Shown: in pieces, positions 38,501-50,840 of the stretch
Position numbering within the stretch: the first letter of the stretch is position 1
How the letters are laid out: each line of letters starts with the position of its first letter
NCBI RefSeq assembly: GCF_037042905.1
Contig: NC_087251.1
Span: 37,760,001 to 37,824,000 of the forward strand
Origin: Lytechinus pictus
Lineage: Eukaryota
DNA: 64,000 bases
Direction: 5' to 3'
Notes under the pieces: generated by a model
The model's database searches: none
Told to the model about the DNA's origin: nothing
Seen by the model: the letters and a program-made list of their open reading frames with translations, nothing else
Translations under genes and position numbers: made by a program

Positions 38501-41500
38501 GCCAATTTTGCCCAATTTTCCATGTCGCGGGTGGGGCGAGGGGGTCGAAAATTCAAACTCCCTGGATCCTCTTGATTCTCGCTGTAATAATCGGTTAGGA
38601 TGCTAAAACATCCCAGGGAGCGAAGACGGCTGATTTGGGGGGGTTTCGGGGGAAATATTGAACCAATATTATTTTGCTCTATTTTGGCCAATTTTGCCAA
38701 ATTTTCCTTGTTCCGGGTGGGGCGAGGGGGTCGAAAATTCAAACTCCCTGGATCCTCTTGATTCTCTTGATTCTTGCTGTAATAATCGGTTAGGATGCTA
38801 AAACATTCCAGGGAGCGAAGACGGCTTATTTGGGGGGGTTTCGGGGGAAATATTGAACAAATATTCTTTTGCTCAATTTTGGCCAATTTTGCCTAATTTT
38901 CCATGTCGCGGGTGGGGCGAGGGGGTCGAAAATTCAAACTCTCTGGATCCTCTTGATTCTCGCTGTAATAATCGGTTAGGATGCTAAAACATCCCAGGGA
39001 GCGAAGACGGCTGATTTGGGGGGGTTTCGGGGGAAATATTGAACCAATATTATTTTGCTCTATTTTGGCCAATTTTGCCCAATTTTCCTTGTTCCGGGTG
39101 GGGCGAGGGGGTCGAAAATTCAAACTCCCTGGATCCTCTTGATTCTTGCTGTAATAATCGGTTAGGATGCTGGAACATCCCAGGGAGCGAAGACGGCTGA
39201 TTGGGGGGGTTTCGGGGGAAATATTGAACAAATATTATTTTGCTCAATTTTGGCCAATTTTTCCCAATTTTCCATGTCGCGGGTGGGGCGAGGGGGTCGA
39301 AAATTCAAACTCCCTGGATCCTCTTGATTCTCGCTGTAATAATCGGTTAGGATGCTAAAACATCCCAGGGAGCGAAGACGGCTGATTTGGGGGGGTTTCG
39401 GGGGAAATATTGAACCAATATTATTTTGCTCTATTTTGGCCAATTTTGCCCAATTTTCCTTGTTCCGGGTGGGGCGAGGGGGTCGAAAATTCAAACTCCC
39501 TGGATCCTCTTGATTCTTGCTGTAATAATCGGTTAGGATGCTGGAACATCCCAGGGAGCGAAGACGGCTGATTTGGGGGGGTTTCGGGGGAAATATTGAA
39601 CCAATATTATTTTGCTCAATTTTGGCCAATTTTGCCCAATTTTCCATGTCGCGGGTGGGGCGAGGGGGTCGAAAATTCAAACTCCCTGGATCCTCTTGAT
39701 TCTCGCTGTAATAATCGGTTAGGATGCTAAAACATTCCAGGGAGCGAAGACGGCTGATTTGGGGGGGTTTCGGGGGAAATATTGAACAAATATTATTTTT
39801 CTCAATTTTGCCCAATTTTCCATGTCGCGGGTGTGGCGAGGGGGTCGAAAATTCAAACTCCCTGGATCCTCTTGATTCTCGTTGTAATAATCAGTTAGGA
39901 TGCTAAAACATCCCAGGGAGCGAAGACGGCTGATTTGGGGGGGTTTCGGGGGAAATATTGAACAAATATTCTTTTGCTCAATTTTGGCCAATTTTGCATA
40001 ATTTTCCATGTCGCGGGTGGGGCGAGGGGGTCGAAAATTCAAACTCCCTGGATCCTCTTGATTCTTGCTGTAATAATCGGTTAGGATGCTGGAACATCCC
40101 AGGGAGCGAAGACGGCTGATTTGGGGGGGTTTCGGGGGAAATATTGAACAAATATTATTTTGCTCAATTTTGGCCAATTTTGCCCAATTTTCCATGTCTC
40201 GGGTGGGGCGAGGGGGTCGAAAATTCAAACTCCCTGGATCCTCTTGATTCTCGCTGTAATAATTGGTTAGGATGCTAAAACATTCCAGGGAGCGAAGACG
40301 GCTGATTTGGGGGGGCTTCGGGGGAAATATTGAACAAATATTATTATGCTCAATTTTGGCCAATTTTGCCCAATTTTCCATGTCGCGGGTGGGGCGAGGG
40401 GGTCGAAAATTCAAACTCCCTGGATCCTCTTGATTCTCGTTGTAATAATCAGTTAGGATGCTAAAACATCCCAGGGAGCGAAGACGGCTGATTTGGGGGG
40501 GTTTCGGGGGAAATATTGAACAAATATTCTTTTGCTCAATTTTGGCCAATTTTGCATAATTTTCCATGTCGCGGGTGGGGCGAGGGGGTCGAAAATTCAA
40601 ACTCTCTGGATCCTCTTGATTCTCGCTGTAATAATCGGTTAGGATGCTAAAACATCCCAGGGAGCGAAGACGGCTGATTTGGGGGGGTTTCGGGGGAAAT
40701 ATTGAACAAATATTATTTTGCTCAATTTTGGCCAATTTTGCCCAATTTTGCCCAATTTTCCATGTCGCGGGTGGGGCGAGGGGGTCGAAAATTCAAACTC
40801 CCTGGATCCTCTTGATTCTCTTGATTCTTGCTGTAATAATCGGTTAGGATGCTAAAACATTCCAGGGAGCGAAGACGGCTGATTTGGGGGGGTTTCGGGG
40901 GAAATATTGAACAAATATTCTTTTGCTCAATTTTGGCCAATTTTGCCTAATTTTCCATGTCGCGGGTGGGGCGAGGGGGTCGAAAATTCAAACTCCCTGG
41001 ATCCTCTTGATTCTCGCTGTAATAATCGGTTAGGATGCTAAAACATCCCAGGGAGCGAAGACGGCTGATTTGGGGGGGTTTCGGGGGAAATATTGAACAA
41101 ATATTATTTTGCTCAATTTTGGCCAATTTTGCCCAATTTTCCATGTCGCGGGTGGGGCGAGGGGGTCGAAAATTCAAACTCCCTGGATCCTCTTGATTCT
41201 CGCTGTAATAATCGGTTAGGATGCTAAAACATCCCAGGGAGCGAAGACGGCTGATTTGGGGGGGTTTCGGGGGAAATATTGAACCAATATTATTTTGCTC
41301 TATTTTGGCCAATTTTGCCAAATTTTCCTTGTTCCGGGTGGGGCGAGGGGGTCGAAATTTCAAACTCCCTGGATCCTCTTGATTCTTGCTGTAATAATCG
41401 GTTAGGATGCTGGAACATCCCAGGGAGCGAAGACGGCTGATTTGGGGGGGTTTCGGGGGAAATATTGAACAAATATTATTTTGCTCAATTTTGGCCAATT

Positions 41501-44500
41501 TTGCCCAATTTTCCATGTCGCGGGTGGGGCGAGGGGGTCGAAAATTCAAACTCCCTGGATCCTCTTGATTCTCGCTGTAATAATCAGTTAGGATGCTAAA
41601 ACATCCCAGGGAGCGAAGACGGCTGATTTGGGGGGGTTTCGGGGGAAATATTGAACCAATATTATTTTGCTCTATTTTGGCCAATTTTGCCCAATTTTCC
41701 TTGTTCCGGGTGGGGCGAGGGGGTCGAAAATTCAAACTCCCTGGATCCTCTTGATTCTTGCTGTAATAATCGGTTAGGATGCTGGAACATCCCAGGGAGC
41801 GAAGACGGCTGATTTGGGGGGGTTTCGGGGGAAATATTGAACAAATATTATTTTGCTCAATTTTGGCCAATTTTGCCCAATTTTCCATGTCGCGGGTGGG
41901 GCGAGGGGGTCGAAAATTCAAACTCCCTGGATCCTCTTGATTCTCGCTGTAATAATCAGTTAGGATGCTAAAACATCCCAGGGAGCGAAGACGGCTGATT
42001 TGGGGGGGTTTCGGGGGAAATATTGAACAAATATTATTTTGCTCAATTTTGGCCAATTTTGCCCAATTTTCCTTGTTCCGGGTGGGGCGAGGGGGTCGAA
42101 ATTTCAAACTCCCTGGATCCTCTTGATTCTTGCTGTAATAATCGGTTAGGATGCTGGAACATCCCAGGGAGCGAAGACGGCTGATTTGGGGGGGTTTCGG
42201 GGGAAATATTGAACCAATATTATTTTGCTCTATTTTGGCCAATTTTGCCCAATTTTCCTTGTTCCGGGTGGGGCGAGGGGGTCGAAAATTCAAACTCCCT
42301 GGATCCTCTTGATTCTTGCTGTAATAATCGGTTAGGATGCTGGAACATCCCAGGGAGCGAAGACGGCTGATTTGGGGGGGTTTCGGGGGAAATATTGAAC
42401 AAATATTATTTTGCTCAATTTTGGCCAATTTTGCCCAATTTTCCATGTCGCGGGTGGGGCGAGGGGGTCGAAAATTCAAAATCCCTGGATCCTCTTGATT
42501 CTCTTGATTCTTGCTGTAATAATCGGTTAGGATGCTAAAACATTCCAGGGAGCGAAGACGGCTGATTTGGGGGGGTTTCGGGGGAAGTATTGAACAAATA
42601 TTCTTTTGCTCAATTTTGGCCAATTTTGCCTAATTTTCCATGTCGCGGGTGGGGCGAGGGGGTCGAAAATTCAAACTCCCTGGATCCTCTTGATTCTCTT
42701 GATTCTCGCTGTAATAATTGGTTAGGATGCTAAAACATCCCAGGGAGCGAAGACGGCTGATTTGGGGGGGTTTCGGGGGAAATATTGAACAAATATTATT
42801 TTGCTCAATTTTGGCCAATTTTGCCCAATTTTCCATGTCGCGGGTGGGGCGAGGGGGTCGAAAATTCAAACTCTCTGGATCCTCTTGATTCTCGCTGTAA
42901 TAATCGGTTAGGATGCTAAAACATCCCAGGGAGCGAAGACGGCTGATTTGGGGGGGTTTCGGGGGAAATATTGAACAAATATTATTTTGCTCAATTTTGG
43001 CCAATTTTGCCCAATTTTCCATGTCGCGGGTGGGGCGAGGGGGTCGAAAATTCAAACTCCCTGGATCCTCTTGATTCTCGCTGTAATAATCGGTTAGGAT
43101 GCTAAAACATCCCAGGGAGCGAAGACGGCTGATTTGGGGGGGTTTCGGGGGAAATATTGAACCAATATTATTTTGCTCTATTTTGGCCAATTTTGCCAAA
43201 TTTTCCTTGTTCCGGGTGGGGCGAGGGGGTCGAAATTTCAAACTCCCTGGATCCTCTTGATTCTCGCTGTAATAATCGGTTAGGATGCTAAAACATCCCA
43301 GGGAGCGAAGACGGCTGATTTGGGGGGGTTTCGGGGGAAATATTGAACAAATAATATTTTGCTCAATTTTGGCCAATTTTGCCCAATTTTCCATGTCGCG
43401 GGTGGGGCGAGGGGGTCGAAAATTCAAACTCCCTGGATCCTCTTGATTCTCTTGATTCTCGCTGTAATAATTGGTTAGGATGCTAAAACATCCCAGGGAG
43501 CGAAGACGGCTGATTTGGGGGGGTTTCGGGGGAAATATTGAACAAATATTATTTTGCTCAATTTTGGCCAATTTTGCCCAATTTTCCATGTCGCGGGTGG
43601 GGCGAGGGGGTCGAAAATTCAAAATCCCTGGATCCTCTTGATTCTCTTGATTCTTGCTGTAATAATCGGTTAGGATGCTAAAACATTCCAGGGAGCGAAG
43701 ACGGCTGATTTGGGGGGGTTTCGGGGGAAATATTGAACAAATATTCTTTTGCTCAATTTTGCCTAATTTTCCATGTCGCGGGTGGGGCGAGGGGGTCGAA
43801 AATTCAAACTCTCTGGATCCTCTTGATTCTCGCTGTAATAATCGGTTAGGATGCTAAAACATCCCAGGGAGCGAAGACGGCTGATTTGGGGGGGTTTCGG
43901 GGGAAATATTGAACAAATATTATTTTGCTCAATTTTGGCCAATTTTGCCCAATTTTCCATGTCGCGGGTGGGGCGAGGGGGTCGAAAATTCAAACTCCCT
44001 GGATCCTCTTGATTCTCGCTGTAATAATCGGTTAGGATGCTAAAACATCCCAGGGAGCGAAGACGGCTGATTTGGGGGGGTTTCGGGGGAAATATTGAAC
44101 CAATATTATTTTGCTCTATTTTGGCCAATTTTGCCAAATTTTCCTTGTTCCGGGTGGGGCGAGGGGGTCGAAATTTCAAACTCCCTGGATCCTCTTGATT
44201 CTCGCTGTAATAATCGGTTAGGATGCTAAAACATCCCAGGGAGCGAAGACGGCTGATTTGGGGGGATTTCGGGGGAAATATTGAACAAATATTATTTTGC
44301 TCAATTTTGGCCAAATTTGCCCAATTTTCCATGTCACGGGTGGGGCGAGGGGGTCGAAAATTCAAACTCCCTGGATCCTCTTGATTCTCGCTGTAATAAT
44401 CGGTTAAGATGCTAAAACATCCCAAGGAGCGAAGACGGCTGATTTGGGGGGGTTTCGGGGGAAATATTGAACCAATATTATTTTGTTCTATTTTGGCCAA

Positions 44501-47190
44501 TTTTGCCAAATTTTCCTTGTTCCGGGTGGGGCGAGGGGGTCGAAAATTCAAACTCCCTGGATCCTCTTGATTCTTGCTGTAATAATCGGTTAGGATGCTG
44601 GAACATCCCAGGGAGCGAAGACGGCTGATTTGGGGGGGTTTCGGGGGAAATATTGAACAAATATTATTTTGCTCAATTTTGGCCAATTTTGCCCAATTTT
44701 CCATGTCTCGGGTGGGGCGAGGGGGTCGAAAATTCAAACTCCCTGGATCCTCTTGATTCTCGCTGTAATAATTGGTTAGGATGCTAAAACATTCCAGGGA
44801 GCGAAGACGGCTGATATGGGGGGGTTTCGGGGGAAATATTGAACAAATATTATTTTGCTCAATTTTGGCCAATTTTGCCCAATTTTCCATGTCGCGGGTG
44901 GGGCGAGGGGGTCGAAAATTCAAACTCCCTGGATCCTCTTGATTCTCGTTGTAATAATCAGTTAGGATGCTGGAACATCCCAGGGAGCGAAGACGGCTGA
45001 TTTGGGGGGGTTTCGGGGGAAATATTGAACAAATATTATTTTGCTCAATTTTTGCCAATTTTGCCAAATTTTCCATGTCGCGGGTGGGGCGAGGGGGTCG
45101 AAAATTCAAACTCCCTGGATCCTCTTGATTCTCGCTGTAATAATCGGTTAGGATGCTAAAACATTCCAGGGAGCGAAGACGGCTGATTTGGGGGGGTTTC
45201 GGGGGAAATATTGAACAAATATTATTTTGCTCAATTTTGGCCAAATTTGCCCAATTTTCCATGTCGCCGATGGGGCGAGGAGGTCGAAAATTCAAACTCC
45301 CTGGATCCTCTTGATTCTCGCTGTAATAATCGGTTAGGATGCTAAAACATCCCAGGGAGCGAAGACGGCTGATTTGGGGGGGTTTCGGGGGAAATATTGA
45401 ACAAATATTATTTTGCTCAATTTTGGCCAATTTTGCCAAATTTTCCATGTCGCGGATGGGGCGAGGGGGTCGAAAATTCAAACTCCCTGGATCCTCTTGA
45501 TTCTCGATGTAATAATCGGTTAGGATGCTAAAACATTCCAGGGAGCGAAGACGACTGATTTGGGAGGGTTTCGGGGGAAATATTGAACAAATATTCTTTT
45601 GCTCAATTTTGCCCAATTTTGCCCAATTTTCCATGTTGCGGGTGGGGCGAGGGGGTCGAAAATTCAAACTCCCTGGATCCTCTTGATTCTCGCTGTAATT
45701 ATCGGTTAGGATGCTAAAACATTCCAGGGAGCGAAGACAGCTGATTTGGGGGGGGGGTTCTGGGGGAAATATTGAACCAATATTATTTTGCCCAATTTTG
45801 CCGAATTTTCCATGTCGCGGGTGGGGCGAGGCGGTCGAAAATTCAAACTCCCTGGATTCTCTTGATTCTCGCTGTAATAATCGGTTAGGATGCTAAAACA
45901 TCCCAGGGAGCGAAGACGGCTGATTTGGGGGGGTTTTGGGGGAAATATTGAACAATTATTTTGTTCAAAATTGGCCAATTTTGCCCAATTTTCCATGTCG
46001 CGGGTGGGGCGAGGGGGTCGAAAATTGAAACGCCCTGGATCCTCTTGATTCTCGCTGTAATAATCGGTTAGGATGCTAAAACATCCCAGGGAGCGAAGAC
46101 GGCTGATTTGGGGGGGTTTTGGGGGAAATATTGAACAAATATTTTGCTCAATTTTGGCAAATTTTTCCCAATTTTCCATGTCGCGGGTGGGGCGAGGGGG
46201 TCAAAAATTCAAAATCCCTGGATCCTCTTGATTCTCGCTGTAATAATCAGTTAGGATGCTAAAACATCCCAGGGAGCGAAGACGGCTGATTTGGGGGGGT
46301 TTCGGGGGAAATACTGAACAAATATTATTTTGCTCAATTTTGCCAAATTTTCCATGTCGCGGGTGGGGCGAGGGGGTCGAAAATTCAAACTCCCTGGATC
46401 CTCTTGATTCTCGCTGTAATAATCGGTTAGGATGCTAAAACATTCCAGGGAGCGAAGACGGCTGATTTGGAGGGGTTTCGGGGGAAATATTGAACAAATA
46501 TTATTTTGCTCAATTTTGGCCAATTTTCCATGTCGCGGGTGGGGCGAGGGGGTCGAAAATCATTGTAAAGCTTAGTGCTAAGTAAGCAAAACAATGAAAG
46601 GATACCAAAAAGTCACTTGGTAGGTGGTATCTGTTTTAAAAAAGAATTTCACTTTAAAAAAATTTCAATATCTGCTCTTTAATTTGATATCTCAATCACA
46701 GAAAATGGTCAAGAAATAACAAAGTTCTGTTGAATTTTAATAATTTCAGACTTACTTGACACTCTGTTTTGTTGACGATCAGCCATTCAATTAGTCTTTT
46801 TTAACCATGCAACAGCTTTGGTGGGAAATCTGTTTAATGAAATTATGGAAATATTAGCATTATTTTGAAGAAACTTCAAAACTTTGTTTATTTTACTGTT
46901 TTCTGTTATTGAGATATTAAATTAAAGAGAAGATATTGGACTTTTTGGACTTTTTCTCTTTGAAATTCAAATACCTGTACCACCCACCAAGTGACTTTTT
47001 GGCATTCTTTTCTCAAATTGTTTGTACTCAGTCATGCGTGAATGAGGAATCTTTTATGGTATGTTATACCAACTGAAAGAGGAGACCATAAGCTTTACAA
47101 CGATAGGTCATTTTTCTATTGTGTTTGTGATTGAGCTATGATAGATCATCAATGAATCTTGGTTTATTTATTTTCTGATGCTCAGCACTG
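35600..47190. mobile_element. Old palindromic Tc1-like MITE split by the 186-bp array
   Basis: Left arm cagtgtgtcc..atcataacttaatcataaatacaataga is inverted at 47110-47190 (..cactg); the arm resumes at 46561 (cattgtaaagctta vs taagctttacaacg). Confidence 0.7.
35679..46560. repeat. Satellite-like tandem array, 186-bp unit, about 58-59 copies
   Basis: Highly similar units (ggatcc once per unit), 177- and 195-bp variants, more divergent edges; minus frame reads as a 62-aa repeat. Confidence 0.98.
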
Positions 47191-47711
47191 TTAGGTGTAG
47201 ACACTGTCTAGGATTTTGATCATATGCACAGCACATAAAAAAGTTATCAGTATCAAAATGTTCACTCACATGTATGTATTTTCTTTTTAATTTCTTTGTT
47301 ATGAATTTCTTTAGATTTTTTTAATGGAAGTTGTCCATGACACTTTGCAAATTATAAGCAACTAGAAATAAACAGAATATTGCTTAGATTTGTTCTTGGA
47401 ATCATGTTTTTGAGATATTTTGGGTCTGCAATGCACATGTGTAATGTTGCGTAACTTCGGTTCCATGTACCTGGGCTTCGTAAAGAAAGAAGTTGTGAAA
47501 TGATACATTGAAATCCTGTGATGTTACAGATTTATCACCAAAAAATGTTAAGGGGGGGGTGAATTTTAGTGCCTCCCTTGCAGTTTTTATAGTGTAACAT
47601 TGAAAATCTGATTTAAATAATATTGTGACTTTCTTGATTTTATGGAATTTGGGCCTTGCAGCACTGCTTGGAGTGAATAGGTTTGTTTTGAATTCCTTCA
47701 ACATTTTATAG

Positions 47712-49264
47712 GCACAGTCAAAGCTAACCCACAGGGAAGCTACAGAGATGGCAGAGTATATAGCAATGAGGAGCAAAACCGCCAGTAAGTTCTACACCAC
47801 CAGTACAGATGTCCACCAGCTAAAGGATATGCTGCAAAGGCTCTCACAACCAGTCAGATGTCCACCAGCTAAAGGATATGCTGCAAAGGCTCTTACAACC
47901 ATTCAGATGTCCACCAGCTAAAGGATATGCTGCAAAGGCTCTTACAACCATTCAGATGTCCACCAGCTAAAGGATATGCTGCAAAGGCTCTCACAACCAG
48001 TCAGATGTCCACCAGCTAAAGGATATGCTGCAAAGGCTCTTACAACCATTCAGATGTCCACCAGCTAAAGGATATGCTGCAAAGGCTCTTACAACCAGTC
48101 AGATGTCCACCAGCTAAAGGATATGCTGCAAAGGCTCTCACAACCAGTCAGATGTCCACCAGCTAAAGGATATGCTGCAAAGGCTCTCACAACCATTCAG
48201 ATGTCCACCAGCTAAAGGATATGCTGCAAAGGCTCTCACAACCAGTCAGATGTCCACCAGCTAAAGGATATGCTGCAAAGGCTCTTACAACCATTCAGAT
48301 GTCCACCAGCTAAAGGATATGCTGCAAAGGCTCTCACAACCATTCAGATGTCCACCAGCTAAAGGATATGCTGCAAAGGCTCTTACAACCAGTCAGATGT
48401 CCACCAGCTAAAGGATATGCTGCAAAGGCTCTTACAACCATTCAGATGTCCACCAGCTAAAGGATATGCTGCAAAGGCTCTTACAACCAGTCAGATGTCC
48501 ACCAGCTAAAGGATATGCTGCAAAGGCTCTCACAACCATTCAGATGTCCACCAGCTAAAGGATATGCTGCAAAGGCTCTCACAACCAGTCAGATGTCCAC
48601 CAGCTAAAGGATATGCTGCAAAGGCTCTTACAACCAGTCAGATGTCCACCAGCTAAAGGATATGCTGCAAAGGCTCTTACAACCATTCAGATGTCCACCA
48701 GCTAAAGGATATGCTGCAAAGGCTCTTACAACCATTCAGATGTCCACCAGCTAAAGGATATGCTGCAAAGGCTCTTACAACCAGTCAGATGTCCACCAGC
48801 TAAAGGATATGCTGCAAAGGCTCTTACAACCATTCAGATGTCCACCAGCTAAAGGATATGCTGCAAAGGCTCTTACAACCATTCAGATGTCCACCAGCTA
48901 AAGGATATGCTGCAAAGGCTCTTACAACCATTCAGATGTCCACCAGCTAAAGGATATGCTGCAAAGGCTCTTACAACCAGTCAGATGTCCACCAGCTAAA
49001 GGATATGCTGCAAAGGCTCTCACAACCAGTCAGATGTCCACCGGCTAAAGGATATGCTGCAAAGGCTCTCACAACCAGTCAGATGTCCACCGGCTAAAGG
49101 ATATGCTGCAAAGGCTCTTACAACCAGTCAGATGTCCACCAGCTAAAGGATATGCTGCAAAGGCTCTTACAACCAGTCAGATGTCCACCAGCTAAAGGAT
49201 ATGCTGCAAAGGCTCTTACAACCATGTGAAAGGAGGAAAGGAAATTATCAGGGTTGTTACACAG
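47712..49264 (+). pseudogene. Tyrosine-recombinase-like exon (AQSKLTHREATEMAEYIAMRSKTASKFY..) disrupted by minisatellite expansion
   Basis: ttttatag acceptor in phase with 34043-34240; A..(MxH)..TAxxxY motif with the candidate catalytic Tyr; CAG|gtatct donor. Confidence 0.6.
47806..49224. repeat. 49-bp minisatellite, 29 copies
   Basis: Unit cagatgtccaccagctaaaggatatgctgcaaaggctctYacaaccaKt. Confidence 0.98.
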
Positions 49265-50033
49265 GTATCTCATCAACATCAAAATGTTAACATGCATTTC
49301 AAGAATTGAAGATGCTTTAAATGATTGATGTGCACAAGTACATGTAACTCTCTTAAGAATATACCCCAAGGGAGCAGAAGAAGGTGTGTGGTGGGGGGGG
49401 GGGGGTAAGGTAATGTACAATAAAACGATAGCATGCATACTAAAATGTGTAAACTTTCTTAGCTTGTTTATGTTATTCAAACATTAATCCATGAAGTAAT
49501 CAACATTTTGTACGTCTGACCCCCCCCCTCCCTAATATACGTATCTCCATTGATTCTAATTCATGATTTATGATACATGTAAATTGAGAGTTTTACAACT
49601 TTTTATAGAAACTATCAAACAGAGACAGATCACCCCCAGTTTTAAATAGTGGTTGGTCTTAATAGCATAATGGCATGAGTAGGTGATGCTAGTGGATTGC
49701 ATTCTCAACTAAAAATCAAAGATTCAAGTGTATAGAATAAGTTGAGATAGGTGGGCTATATTTGCTCTCTCTGTTTCAAATGGGGTTTTCTTTCATTAGA
49801 TCTTTGAGATTTTGTCTTGCTGACAAAATCAAGGTTAAGTTCTTGAAGTGTTAAATCTAAACTTAATGCAGGCAAGACTGGCAAAGGCAATTATGCCACT
49901 TGCGAATTTTAAAGATCAGTTTGAAATTATGTAAAACATGAATATAATGGTAAATAGATTATACATGTAGATATATCAGAATTAAGATGAGTTTAATTTC
50001 AGGTTACTGGTACAAGGTCAAAGGTTATTTCTG

Positions 50034-50190
50034 GGGAGCGTTTCATCAATATTTTCATCCGACAAGTTGTCAGATCTGACATCTTTCCATGATTTTGATT
50101 GGCAGAGAGGCACTGTTCCTATGGTAACTGTCGGATAAAATGGGACTTGTCGGATAAAACGTCCGACAAGTCCTTTCATGAAACGCCCCC
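50034..50190. mobile_element. PIF/Harbinger-like MITE, inverted copy of 25452-25607
   Basis: Reverse-complement match over its length; left CTG flank. Confidence 0.85.
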
Positions 50191-50558
50191 CCCCCCCCGA
50201 TCACTTAAGTGATATTCCATTCTTTATTTTAAAAAATATTTCAGTACATTAAATGAAAATTATATGAGATGATATCAAATTAAATACTGTTTCCTATTCA
50301 AGGTCATTGAATGTTATTATCTATTGAATATCCTTTTTTTTCCTTCTCTCATTTTGAAATAATTATCCATCTTGCAGTTTTGAATTTCGGTACTGCTGCT
50401 AAGTAAATTAGGCAATGACTGCCAGAGGCATTCCACTTGTAACAGAGGGCCAGACTCTTTGCTTGCTCATACAATCTTTATAGAAATATTTCCCCATACG
50501 CCTTACCTGGGTCCCTCAAAATTGTATCTCATTACGACACTGCTTCTCTTCTACTTAG

Positions 50559-50840
50559 ATAAAGGAAGATGAAGATAAACACAACAGCGATGATGGAGAT
50601 GAACATGACAGCGATGATGGAGATGAACGTGACAGCAATGATGAAGATGATCGTGACAGCGATGATGAAGATGAACATGACAGCGTTGATGAAGATGTTC
50701 GTGACAGCAACGAGGAAGATGAGCATGACAGCGATGATGATGATGAACATGACGGCAAGGATGAAGGTGAACATGACAGCAACAAGGAAGATGAATATGA
50801 CAGCGATGAGGAAGAGGTGCCAAGAGGGCCCACTTGTAAG
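50559..50840 (+). pseudogene. Acidic exon with 24-bp (8-aa, EHDSDDED-type) repeats
   Basis: cttctcttctacttag acceptor, AAG|gtaaat donor, 94 open codons IKEDEDKHNSDDGDEHDSDD..EEEVPRGPTCK, phase 0-0. Confidence 0.65.

Noticed and set aside
35673..46523. Long minus-strand ORFs as an annotated repeat protein
   Set aside because: No credible start or splice sites; recurrent propagated stops; array inserted in a MITE. Kept only as a hypothesis.
47806..49224. CRISPR-like appearance of the 49-bp array
   Set aside because: Head-to-tail identical units with no unique spacers, no cas genes and a eukaryotic context.
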